DNA from: a virus
DNA length: 64,000 bases
Strand: one strand, 5' to 3'
Virus record (IMG/VR): IMGVR_UViG_3300008255_000115
Span: 35,193-99,192 of that record
This document shows, one piece after another, positions 22,810-31,967 of this stretch (within the stretch, counting starts at the first letter, position 1; each line of letters opens with the position of its first letter). The notes under the pieces were generated by a model, which saw only the letters and a program-made list of their open reading frames with translations, made no database searches and had not been told where the DNA came from. The position numbers were made by a program, and so were the translations under genes.

Positions 22810-25800
22810 ATGAGCTGTCAATTAAGAAACAATGAAGATGGTACTTATACTGTTAGTGCACCTAATGGTGAAGAATCTATTTTATTTAACCAAATAACTA
22901 ATCTTCCTGAGATTGAGAATGAACATCAAGCTGTACAAGCTTGGATTAAAGTTTATACAAAAAGTTTTAAAGACTGGTATGGTTTAGATTGGGAAATTAT
23001 TTCAAAGACAGAAAAAGATAAGTTGATAAAGGCAGGATTCTTAGATCAAAATGGAGAACCTGTTATATTCTATAGAGGTGATTACACAGGTTTGGAATCA
23101 TTTAATTATTCAGATAATGTAGGTAAATTTGGACAAGGCATTTATCTAGCTCAAAATAAAGCTCAAGCAGAAGCATTTGCTAGTCAAACAAATAGAAAAG
23201 TATATCCTGTCTTTTTAAAACCGGGTAAGTTTAAAGTATTTAAAAACATAACAGAATTTAAAAGACAAGCTGCTGAATTTAATAAAACTAAATATGTACC
23301 AACTATTCAACAAATAAAAAATTATGTAGATACTTTACATAGTGATGACATTACAATAGTAGGTACTGGATTATTAGGAAAAGAATTCAACACAGCAAAA
23401 AAAGAGAATGTTAAATCTATTTTCTCAGAAGGTTTTATGTTAACTCTTAAGTATTTTGATCCATTATTACCAACACAAACTTTCAATGAAGATTTTCAAA
23501 AAACACAAAAAAGTGAAAGCTTTATCAGTGAGATGATCTTAAGATTACAAAATAATTTAGGATTAAGTTCTGAAGATATTCAGCTCATTACTAAAGAGGA
23601 TGCTTTACTAATAACAAATAAAGCAAAGAATCCTTATAAAGATCAAGCAGGATTTTTTTATGAGGGTAAAGTTTATCTTGTAAAAGGTAAAATTACACCT
23701 GAAACAGTATTTCATGAATTTGCACATCCTCTTATAAAAGCTATATCTAAAGATAACAATAAACTTTTCAACAGAATATACCAGGACATTATTCAAGATT
23801 CACAAGGACAACAGTTTCTAGCAGAAGCTATATCAGAAAATCCTGAGTTAGATCCTACAAATGAGCAAATTAAAGAAGAGGTTATAGTTAAAGCTATGAC
23901 ATATGCTGCAAAAAATTCAGATATGGTAGATCCTGTAGTACAACCCTCTAAAGGATTAATTGCTGCACTTAAGAAATTATTTTATGCTATTAAACAGATA
24001 TTACGTAATATATCTAAAGGACCCACAAAAGTAGAAAACTTATCTTCTACTACTACTGTTGAAGAATTGGCAAATATGCTAATGAATAAACAATGGAACA
24101 TAAACATGAACATTGTAAAAGATTCAGATATTGTAGCATATATAAACGAACATAAAGAAAGGATAGAAGAATTAAATCAAAGAGCAAATAGTAAAGAAAG
24201 TATGGCAGCATATTATACTCTTCTTAAAGAAGCTGGTTCTATATATAGAAATCAACTTCAAGCTATGTTAGAATCAGAACACTATGATGAATTAGCAATA
24301 GTACTATCTGATGAGACTGGACAATTAGATGTAGAAGCTATTAAAAGAAATATAGGAGATCTTGTAAACGATACATCTATTATAAAAAAACAAGTAACAA
24401 GACATACAAGATTAGTTAATAGTAAAACTGACCAAGAAAAAATAGCAACTAAAGCTCAAAATGAACATGAAGAAACTCTTGAATTTGAAAGAAGAGTAAC
24501 TGCATTATCTCTTAATATAATTACTATAGATGATCAAGTAAAAAGAATTAAAAAACATATTGTTTCATTAGCACAAGAACCAGATCAAAAAACTGCATTT
24601 AAACAGTTAGCATTCTATGTAAAACAATTAAAAGCTTGGAATGAACATTTAGAGAACTTTGATAAAGAGGCTAATAAAGCAAACCTAGAAACTGATAATC
24701 CTGTAAGACAAGACATTAATAGTATTCTTAAAAATATTAAAGACACTGAAAATAATATAGAAAAAATATATGAAAATACCTTATCAGAAACATTTTCTGA
24801 AATATTTGATAACTTAACCATAAATGTAACTAAAAAACAAGAAGCTCTTATAAAAGAATATAAAGAAAAAATACAAAAAGGAGGAGATAAGAAATATCTT
24901 GAAAAATTAATTAAAGAAGCTGAAGAAGAAATAGAAAGAGTACAAGTACCAAAAGAAAAAATGCTTAAATATCTTACTGGACAAATGGGTGATATAGGGT
25001 TTTTACATAGTCAATTTGAAAACTTTATATCTAGTCAAGATCCTTCAATATCGAGTTTTGCTGCATATATAAAAGATAATCATACTAAAGTTAATGGTAA
25101 ACTTCATAACAAGCTTAATAGCTTTTTAACAGAACTTGGACCTTTACTTAAAGAATTTGGTATAACTCCTCAACAACTTAGTAAATTCCGTAAAGAGTTT
25201 GCTTTTATAGATAAGAGTACAAGAAGAAATGACAAAGGTGAATTAGAGGATTATCAGATCTATACATTCTTTAATGAGTATCAGAACTATAAACATACTC
25301 TTGCTATTTTAAATGATAAGATACAAGAAGCTAAAGACAATTGGATAGATGACCCATCTACAGAAAAATTACTTAAACTTAATGAATTAAATTCAATTAA
25401 AGATGAGCATATAAAATATTATTTTCGTAAACAATATATAGATGAATACTATCATGCTGATGATATGTTGGAATCAACTGAGTTAGGTAGAGAAGCAAAA
25501 GGAGAAATAGATGATATATTAAGTGAAATAAGAGATTGGCAGAATGTACATCCTGATGCCACAGAGATCTATGAAGACTTTGAAACAGTTGAAGTACTAT
25601 GGAAAGACTATAAAAAGAAATTTTCATTATATGATGATTTTGGTCTTAAAAAAACTGGTGATGAACTTAAAAAAGCTGAATTACTTAAAGAAAATAGAGA
25701 TGCTAAAAGAAAATTTCATAAATATACTATAATACCTGGAGCTTTTGAAGGAGCTTTAAAAGCATTTGAAGTTAAGCTTGTTGCAAGTCTACAGCATGAA

Positions 25801-28800
25801 GGACTACAAGAAGAAGATCCAAGGTTCACTGAGGAATATAATAGAAGAAGAACCTTATGGATAGACAGGAATACTCATACTAAAATATCAGATGAATTTT
25901 ATCAGGTTAGAGAAAAAATTTATAAAAAAATAGCAAACATAATGTCTCATGTAGATAAAGGCGTTGATACTAGTTTAGAATTAGAAGCTATACTTAATTC
26001 TTTACAAGGAAGAAGAGATGAAGATGGCCAACCTATTGGTACAGAAATGACTGATGAGATGCTTAAAAATATAAAAGATCTTGAGCAAAAAATTGAGAAC
26101 AGTAAGCAAAATGTTATAGGATCTAGTGGATTAACAAAAATAGAAGGAGCAGAACTAGCTTCTTACTATAATATAATGGCTGAAGGAAAATTATCAAAAG
26201 GCCAACTAATTAGGTTTAAACAACTTAAGGATAAAAAAACTAAGTTAGGATTATCTAAAGCACAAAGATCAGAATTATTTTCACTCTTTGGATTTTTAAC
26301 TACATTACAATATAGTGTACCAACAGATTATTATATAGATGTACTAAACAATTTTTATAGAAATATAAAAGAAGCTTCTGGTCAAGAAAATCCTGAAGAA
26401 ATAACACATGATAATATTGATAGATTTTTACAACCTTCAGTGTTAGTTCCATTATTTAGTCAAAGTCCTAAATTTGAAAAATGGTTTAAGGACAATCATA
26501 TTCTTAAAAATGTATTTGATTATGATATAAATGATGTGGTAGAAGTATATCAAAGAACTAAAGCATGGTCAGTTATAAAACCAGGTAATTCTAAATACAT
26601 AGAAAAAACAGAGATATATGATAAAGATGGAACTTTGATTGAAACAATAAATGGTGTACCTAATATGAAGTTTCAAAGACGTGAAGTATTAGATAAATAT
26701 CATACTGGATATGATCCTAAAACAGGAGAAATAAATAAACTTGCTCATTATAATATTCAAGGTTATCAACTTCCTAAGACTTTAGAAGAGATGGAAATGA
26801 TAAAAAATAAATATGGTGCTGAGTTAACAGCACACAATGAAAAATTAGCAACAGTATTAGGACAAGGTATACCTTATGATTATTATATTAACAGAGAATA
26901 CCTTAATATGAAAAAAGAAAATTCTACTAGGTTTCAAATATTAGAAAAACTTAGAAGATTTCATTATGAGTCACAAGAAGGTCTTGATAGAGGGGCCGTA
27001 TTAGGAGATGAAATGCCTAGACAAAGAAAAGACAAGTATGAATACCTTACATCAGGAACAGCAAAAGAAGATGCTGTAAGCAAAGGTGAACAAATTATGA
27101 AAGGTATTACTCAATTTTTAGGTAAAAAAAGAGATGACTTTGAAGAAGGTTTAAATGCTGAAGAATCAGAATTATTAATTGGTACAGATGCTTATAATGA
27201 AATTAAGGGTAGTAAAATACCAATTAGAGGAAGATATAATTTAGATCTAGGTCAGGTTTCTGAAGATATTACATCTGCTATTTTTACATATTATCAATCA
27301 GCAGAACAAAATAAACTTCTTAAAGAAATGCAACCTATGGCTGAAGCTATGAAACAACTAGCTAACAATCAACCATTAGAAATGAATAATATTAATCATG
27401 GTATATTATCTGCAGCTCAACATGCTATCAACAATATTACTGGAAGAAAGAGTCAGAATAATAGACGTAAAGAAGTTATAGATGGTATGGTTGAAATTAT
27501 TTTTGAAGGTAAAAAACTCAAAACAGGACATAATAATCCTACATTAGTTAAAATGACTAATAATGCATTAGCTTTATCTTCTCATTCTTTCTTTGCTTTT
27601 GATATTACTTCTGCTATGAAAAACTTTTTAGGTGCTCAGTTTCAAATTGCCTTAGAAGGAGCTGGCAAAAAATACTATTCTTATAGTAATTGGCATAGAG
27701 GTAGACCATGGGCATTTAAAGCAATGGCCCAAATTTCACAACAGGTATATGCTCAAGAAGCTAAAAGTTTAGATATTCAAATTATTGACATATTTGATGC
27801 AATACAAGGTAGGTTTGAAGAAAAATTTGGAGAATCTGTTTCAAGATCTATCACTAGAGATACTGCTAATTTACAGTGGAGTACATCTCATAGAAAATGG
27901 TTAGAATCAGAAGCAACACTTCAACTATTTTCTGCTATAATGCATGACAGAACTGTAGAACAAATTCAACCTGATGGAACTACTAAGAAGTTAAGATATA
28001 TTAATGCTTGGGAGTTAGATCCTAAAACTAGATCTATAAAACTCAAAGAAGGTATAGATTCTAAATGGGATATAGGAGGAAAGGAGTTTAATAAAGTATA
28101 TAAAGAAAATCATGAAGTATCTAATTTACTTCAAGGAGCTTATGCTGGATTTGATCAACCACTTGTTACAAGACATATTATGTTCAGAATGGTAGGATCC
28201 ATGAGAAAATATTTTACTAAAATGTTACTTCATAGATATGGTGCAAGAGGTATAGGTCTATGGCCTACTCAATGGTTTCATGCTAAAGCTAGGTATAATC
28301 TAGCTACTAGTGATATGCATCTTGGATTTTATTGGCAAAATATGATTACTTTAAGAAAAATAGTAGAAAGTGGTTTTAAGCATATTATGTATATGTCTCC
28401 AGAAGAAACTAGAGCTCTTAAGATGGGAGCTTTAGAATTACTTAAATTACAATTATTTACATTAGCTTATTTTTGGATCTTTGGATTTGATCCAGGAGAT
28501 GATGAAAAGTGGAAAAAACTTAAAGACAAGTCAGGAGCCTTACCTACAATGATAACTGATGACCAATGGTCAGAAAATTTTAAACTTGGAGGATGGTTAG
28601 AAAATCATATATTACTTCTTATGATGCATGTAGAAGCAGAGAATGAACATTTTGTTCCTATGCCTGGATATGGACTATCAGATATGTATCAAGTAATTGG
28701 AGGTGAAGCTTCAATTGCAGCTGGAGGTTCATATAAACCAATCCTAGATCTTCTTTCTACTTTATTTTTTGTAATGACCGGTAATGAAAAAATATATTAT

Positions 28801-28947
28801 AAAAAAGACACAGGAGCTCTTAATATACAACAAGAAGGAGAAAACAAATTTTGGAGAAAGTTTTATAGATTAGGAGGAGTAAGTGGTAAATTTATAGATC
28901 CTGCTACTTCACTTAAGAACTTCTATCAACAGAGAGAAAGAAATTAA
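22810..28947 (+). CDS. Large polyvalent ejection protein with N-terminal ART-PolyVal-like ADP-ribosyltransferase and zincin domain (2045 aa)
   Basis: FKDWYG..DW...LDQNGEPVIFYRG...FGQGIYL...AEAFA...VYPVFL resembles the ART-PolyVal pattern; HEFAHP followed by EEVIV is a zincin signature. Confidence 0.7.
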   Translation: MSCQLRNNEDGTYTVSAPNGEESILFNQITNLPEIENEHQAVQAWIKVYTKSFKDWYGLDWEIISKTEKDKLIKAGFLDQNGEPVIFYRGDYTGLESFNYSDNVGKFGQGIYLAQNKAQAEAFASQTNRKVYPVFLKPGKFKVFKNITEFKRQAAEFNKTKYVPTIQQIKNYVDTLHSDDITIVGTGLLGKEFNTAKKENVKSIFSEGFMLTLKYFDPLLPTQTFNEDFQKTQKSESFISEMILRLQNNLGLSSEDIQLITKEDALLITNKAKNPYKDQAGFFYEGKVYLVKGKITPETVFHEFAHPLIKAISKDNNKLFNRIYQDIIQDSQGQQFLAEAISENPELDPTNEQIKEEVIVKAMTYAAKNSDMVDPVVQPSKGLIAALKKLFYAIKQILRNISKGPTKVENLSSTTTVEELANMLMNKQWNINMNIVKDSDIVAYINEHKERIEELNQRANSKESMAAYYTLLKEAGSIYRNQLQAMLESEHYDELAIVLSDETGQLDVEAIKRNIGDLVNDTSIIKKQVTRHTRLVNSKTDQEKIATKAQNEHEETLEFERRVTALSLNIITIDDQVKRIKKHIVSLAQEPDQKTAFKQLAFYVKQLKAWNEHLENFDKEANKANLETDNPVRQDINSILKNIKDTENNIEKIYENTLSETFSEIFDNLTINVTKKQEALIKEYKEKIQKGGDKKYLEKLIKEAEEEIERVQVPKEKMLKYLTGQMGDIGFLHSQFENFISSQDPSISSFAAYIKDNHTKVNGKLHNKLNSFLTELGPLLKEFGITPQQLSKFRKEFAFIDKSTRRNDKGELEDYQIYTFFNEYQNYKHTLAILNDKIQEAKDNWIDDPSTEKLLKLNELNSIKDEHIKYYFRKQYIDEYYHADDMLESTELGREAKGEIDDILSEIRDWQNVHPDATEIYEDFETVEVLWKDYKKKFSLYDDFGLKKTGDELKKAELLKENRDAKRKFHKYTIIPGAFEGALKAFEVKLVASLQHEGLQEEDPRFTEEYNRRRTLWIDRNTHTKISDEFYQVREKIYKKIANIMSHVDKGVDTSLELEAILNSLQGRRDEDGQPIGTEMTDEMLKNIKDLEQKIENSKQNVIGSSGLTKIEGAELASYYNIMAEGKLSKGQLIRFKQLKDKKTKLGLSKAQRSELFSLFGFLTTLQYSVPTDYYIDVLNNFYRNIKEASGQENPEEITHDNIDRFLQPSVLVPLFSQSPKFEKWFKDNHILKNVFDYDINDVVEVYQRTKAWSVIKPGNSKYIEKTEIYDKDGTLIETINGVPNMKFQRREVLDKYHTGYDPKTGEINKLAHYNIQGYQLPKTLEEMEMIKNKYGAELTAHNEKLATVLGQGIPYDYYINREYLNMKKENSTRFQILEKLRRFHYESQEGLDRGAVLGDEMPRQRKDKYEYLTSGTAKEDAVSKGEQIMKGITQFLGKKRDDFEEGLNAEESELLIGTDAYNEIKGSKIPIRGRYNLDLGQVSEDITSAIFTYYQSAEQNKLLKEMQPMAEAMKQLANNQPLEMNNINHGILSAAQHAINNITGRKSQNNRRKEVIDGMVEIIFEGKKLKTGHNNPTLVKMTNNALALSSHSFFAFDITSAMKNFLGAQFQIALEGAGKKYYSYSNWHRGRPWAFKAMAQISQQVYAQEAKSLDIQIIDIFDAIQGRFEEKFGESVSRSITRDTANLQWSTSHRKWLESEATLQLFSAIMHDRTVEQIQPDGTTKKLRYINAWELDPKTRSIKLKEGIDSKWDIGGKEFNKVYKENHEVSNLLQGAYAGFDQPLVTRHIMFRMVGSMRKYFTKMLLHRYGARGIGLWPTQWFHAKARYNLATSDMHLGFYWQNMITLRKIVESGFKHIMYMSPEETRALKMGALELLKLQLFTLAYFWIFGFDPGDDEKWKKLKDKSGALPTMITDDQWSENFKLGGWLENHILLLMMHVEAENEHFVPMPGYGLSDMYQVIGGEASIAAGGSYKPILDLLSTLFFVMTGNEKIYYKKDTGALNIQQEGENKFWRKFYRLGGVSGKFIDPATSLKNFYQQRERN

Positions 28948-28962
28948 ATAACAGCTAAAGGC

Positions 28963-29016
28963 AAAAAAAAAGAGAGTGAAAGTCTAGCTTAAGCTAAACC
29001 TTCACTCTCTTTTTTT
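28963..29016. terminator. Bidirectional intrinsic terminator between convergent gene blocks
   Basis: A-tract, AGAGAGTGAA...TTCACTCTCT stem, T-tract; lies exactly at the +/- strand switch. Confidence 0.9.
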
Positions 29017-29332
29017 AATCTTGTTTTATATCAGTTATATTATGTTCATCTAGATATTCAATATATAAATTTAATTTATAGACTTCTATTGAATCTTCAT
29101 ATAACTCTTCTAATAATTCTTCTACTTCTTTATTTAACCAATTAATAGGTTCATCATTCCAGTCTTTAGGAACTGTTTCAGAAAGATTACTAGAAGCAAA
29201 CATTTTCAACTTACACTTAACAGAATACATATAGTCTTCTAGTCCTTTAATCTTTTCTTTTACCTCTTCTTTAGTTCTATATTTTTGCTTATTAAGAAAT
29301 ATGTTTATTTCAAAGTCTGTTCCAAATCCCAT
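29015..29332 (-). CDS. Hypothetical protein (105 aa)
   Basis: ORF in the - strand operon, ends at the terminator. Confidence 0.7.
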   Translation of the reverse strand: MGFGTDFEINIFLNKQKYRTKEEVKEKIKGLEDYMYSVKCKLKMFASSNLSETVPKDWNDEPINWLNKEVEELLEELYEDSIEVYKLNLYIEYLDEHNITDIKQD

Positions 29333-29353
29333 AAGTTTTTTATTTAATAATTT

Positions 29354-30193
29354 TTATCTTCCTAATTCATTTGGATATAATTCTTTAACAAAATCTGATT
29401 GAAAATATTCTTTAGTATCTATATCCATTAAGGTTATTTTACCTCCAAATCCTCCTCCTGTATCAAGATTCCATACATTACATCTATTCATGGGTACTGT
29501 TATTTTACCTTGTTTAGCTTGATTATTATCTTTATATTCAGGATAATGTTTTTTAATATTCCAATTTTGTGTAGGTGTATGTCCTATATATATTTCCTTA
29601 TGTCTTAAAAATCTAAGATTATAAGATATTTTATCTTTTACTGAATTAAGTATATGTGGCAAACTACTATGACTTGTTATTGCTAAATTCCACATGTATC
29701 TATCCCAATAATAATCAGCTTCATATTTTTCATGACCTAATCCTTTTTTTGAAGTGAATCCTCCATGTACAAAAGCTCTATTTTGGTCATCAATATAATA
29801 TAATAATTGATTTTTAAAAAATTCTCTATGAGATTCTTCAGTTATATAACCTGTTCTTATATAAGAGTTAATAGTAGCTTGTCCTCCATTTTGAGTCCAT
29901 GTTAAAAGTGTTTGACCATTTATGAACCATTTATTACACCATTCATCATGATTTCCTTTAATAAATATATGTCTATTATTAGATTCTTTTTGTAAATCAA
30001 TAAAATATTGAATAAGTTCAGCACTTTGACTCCATCCGTCTACAATATCTCCTAAGCATATTAAAATATCTTTGGTATTATCAAAATTAGCTCTTTCCAT
30101 TACTTGTTTAACAGCTAAAAAACCACCATGAGAATCACCAAGACATAAAGTTCTTTTAGCAATATTTTTTATTTCTATATTTTTTTTGTTCAT
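29354..30193 (-). CDS. Calcineurin-like metallophosphoesterase (Ser/Thr phosphatase family)
   Basis: GDSHG, GDIVD, GNHD, VHGG, GHT and LDTGG motifs. Confidence 0.9.
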   Translation of the reverse strand: MNKKNIEIKNIAKRTLCLGDSHGGFLAVKQVMERANFDNTKDILICLGDIVDGWSQSAELIQYFIDLQKESNNRHIFIKGNHDEWCNKWFINGQTLLTWTQNGGQATINSYIRTGYITEESHREFFKNQLLYYIDDQNRAFVHGGFTSKKGLGHEKYEADYYWDRYMWNLAITSHSSLPHILNSVKDKISYNLRFLRHKEIYIGHTPTQNWNIKKHYPEYKDNNQAKQGKITVPMNRCNVWNLDTGGGFGGKITLMDIDTKEYFQSDFVKELYPNELGR

Positions 30194-30316
30194 TTGTTAA
30201 AGTATTATTATATTTATTTTTATTAAATTCTAAAGTTTTATACTTCATAGAACTATGATAATATTGTTCAAAAAAACTTTCAAACAATTGAACTTCTTTA
30301 ACAGAAGTTAATCTTA

Positions 30317-30811
30317 TTATTTTGTTGGTTTATAATTTACAATTGTTACATTACATTCCCAAAGTTCATCTCTTATTATCTTACTAACTATTGACCAGGA
30401 ACCACCTGCTAGACCACAACCTATTTTTGGTAAACCTATATGTTTTCCTTTAAATATTTTATTTACTTTTCTCATACACAACCTAAGAGCATCATAGTCT
30501 AAAGGTTCTTTTGTCCCTCCTATATGATTATTTCCTAAACCATATTGAGTATATGCATTGATTACAGTTATTAATATTTCCGGATTAATTTTTATTCTTA
30601 ATTCTTTGTAATCTATGTTACCAAGTTTATTTATATCACCTCTATAATAAGAATCTTCTAGTGGAAATTTACCACACCCAAAGCTTTTAGCCATTTGAGG
30701 AGCAATGCCTGAGCCCATGGTGCAAAAACAATTACAACCATGGGCTATGACATCAAACTTACCTTCTAAAGCAAGTTGTATAAGATCACCATCTACTTCA
30801 TTATATTTCAT
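30317..30811 (-). CDS. Macrodomain protein (ADP-ribose binding/hydrolase)
   Basis: GDL...IAHGCNC..TMGSGIA, INAYTQ and PKIGCGLAGG motifs. Confidence 0.9.
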   Translation of the reverse strand: MKYNEVDGDLIQLALEGKFDVIAHGCNCFCTMGSGIAPQMAKSFGCGKFPLEDSYYRGDINKLGNIDYKELRIKINPEILITVINAYTQYGLGNNHIGGTKEPLDYDALRLCMRKVNKIFKGKHIGLPKIGCGLAGGSWSIVSKIIRDELWECNVTIVNYKPTK

Positions 30812-31055
30812 TAGAAATTAATGCTTTAATATTACTTATTACTTTTTGATTACTCTGAGTCATATTATCAAGATAATTGTTTTCTTGACTCAAATTATCA
30901 ATAAGTTCTTGATTTTTACTAGCTAAATTATTCGCTTCTATAATAGATTCTTCTAAAGTATTAATTGCAGAATGAAACATTCCTAATGCTCTATTAGCTT
31001 TTTGAGTTATTAATTCTTGTGTTGGAGTATTTCCTCCAGTTAAAATATTAAACAT
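30801..31055 (-). CDS. Hypothetical coiled-coil protein (84 aa)
   Basis: ORF overlapping the next gene start; heptad pattern. Confidence 0.65.
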   Translation of the reverse strand: MFNILTGGNTPTQELITQKANRALGMFHSAINTLEESIIEANNLASKNQELIDNLSQENNYLDNMTQSNQKVISNIKALISNEI

Positions 31056-31143
31056 GTTTATAATTTTTTAAAAATTTAAGATAATAAATATTCATAGGTT
31101 AATAATAAAGTTGTCACATATATTAATTGATCAAAACCAATTA

Positions 31144-31479
31144 CTATAAATATACTTCCTCCAATTTTAATGCATTAGGATTTCTTTTTAAAAGTTCTCC
31201 TACAGCAATTATTTTAACAGGATCTGTGTCCGCTATTATTTTACTTATTTCTAATATACCTTCCTGTATTGCTAGCATACTTTCTTCACTTGTATTCCAT
31301 AATTGATTTATTTGTGGATCACAAGTTCTTGTTAACTCATCTTGCATTTTCTTAGTTGTGTGTTTTAGAGAATGTTTATAAAATGATGTTTCTTGAATAT
31401 CATCAAGACATTCATGTAAAGTTTGAGCTGCTACACATGCTGTTATTATAGTTAATCTTTGTTTATTTGTTATTTCCAT
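31144..31479 (-). CDS. Hypothetical protein (111 aa)
   Basis: ORF in operon orientation. Confidence 0.7.
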   Translation of the reverse strand: MEITNKQRLTIITACVAAQTLHECLDDIQETSFYKHSLKHTTKKMQDELTRTCDPQINQLWNTSEESMLAIQEGILEISKIIADTDPVKIIAVGELLKRNPNALKLEEVYL

Positions 31480-31498
31480 TAATTAATCTATTTTAATT

Positions 31499-31621
31499 TT
31501 ACCATAGTTTTGTTTGACTTTTTACTTTAGATAGTAAACCAACAGCATTTAAACATTCATTACACATATGAAAACTTTTTACAATGCTATATGTACCTAC
31601 TTCTATAAATAGTGATGGCAT
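31499..31621 (-). CDS. Possible small protein (40 aa, CxxC), not in the ORF track
   Basis: ATG 1 nt after the upstream stop; MPSLFIEVGTYSIVKSFHMCNECLNAVGLLSKVKSQTKLW* fills the gap. Confidence 0.4.
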   Translation of the reverse strand: MPSLFIEVGTYSIVKSFHMCNECLNAVGLLSKVKSQTKLW

Positions 31622-31622
31622 A

Positions 31623-31955
31623 TTATGTTTTTAGTTTATAATGTTGAGGTCTATCATCCATATCTGGACGTAATTCTTCAAGTTCTAATAGCATCATTAG
31701 ACAACATCCTGCATGAGCAAGGTGAGATTTACCTGTTTCCAGGTCTATATTCTCACCTTTATACCATGCTGTCATATGTCTTTGTAAAGCTCCATATAAC
31801 CTAGAATATTCCAGGCCTTTTGCCCAATTCCATTCAGAGTATTTTTTACTTCCATAAGTAAATATTTCAGCTATTCTTTCAATAGCTAAGGGTGGCATAA
31901 GCTGAAGCATATTTTTATCATCAGTTATATCATTCTTAGTTGCTTTTTCTATCAT
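31623..31955 (-). CDS. dATP/dGTP diphosphohydrolase domain protein (DUF5664-like)
   Basis: L.P..A....A....YG.KKY..WNW.KG...R...A..RH...W..GE..D.ETG..HLAHA pattern. Confidence 0.85.
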   Translation of the reverse strand: MIEKATKNDITDDKNMLQLMPPLAIERIAEIFTYGSKKYSEWNWAKGLEYSRLYGALQRHMTAWYKGENIDLETGKSHLAHAGCCLMMLLELEELRPDMDDRPQHYKLKT

Positions 31956-31967
31956 AAATATATTTTT

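Noticed and set aside
2335-25732. Short antisense or alternate-frame ORFs nested in the giant genes (e.g. 2335..2655, 5519..5830, 7217..7564, 13884..14069, 24615..24821)
   Set aside because: Fully overlapped by long coding genes, with the composition of shadow ORFs and no motifs.
30194-30316. Short open frame IRLTSVKEVQLFESFFEQYY... on the - strand
   Set aside because: No convincing start codon for the frame; at most a gene remnant.
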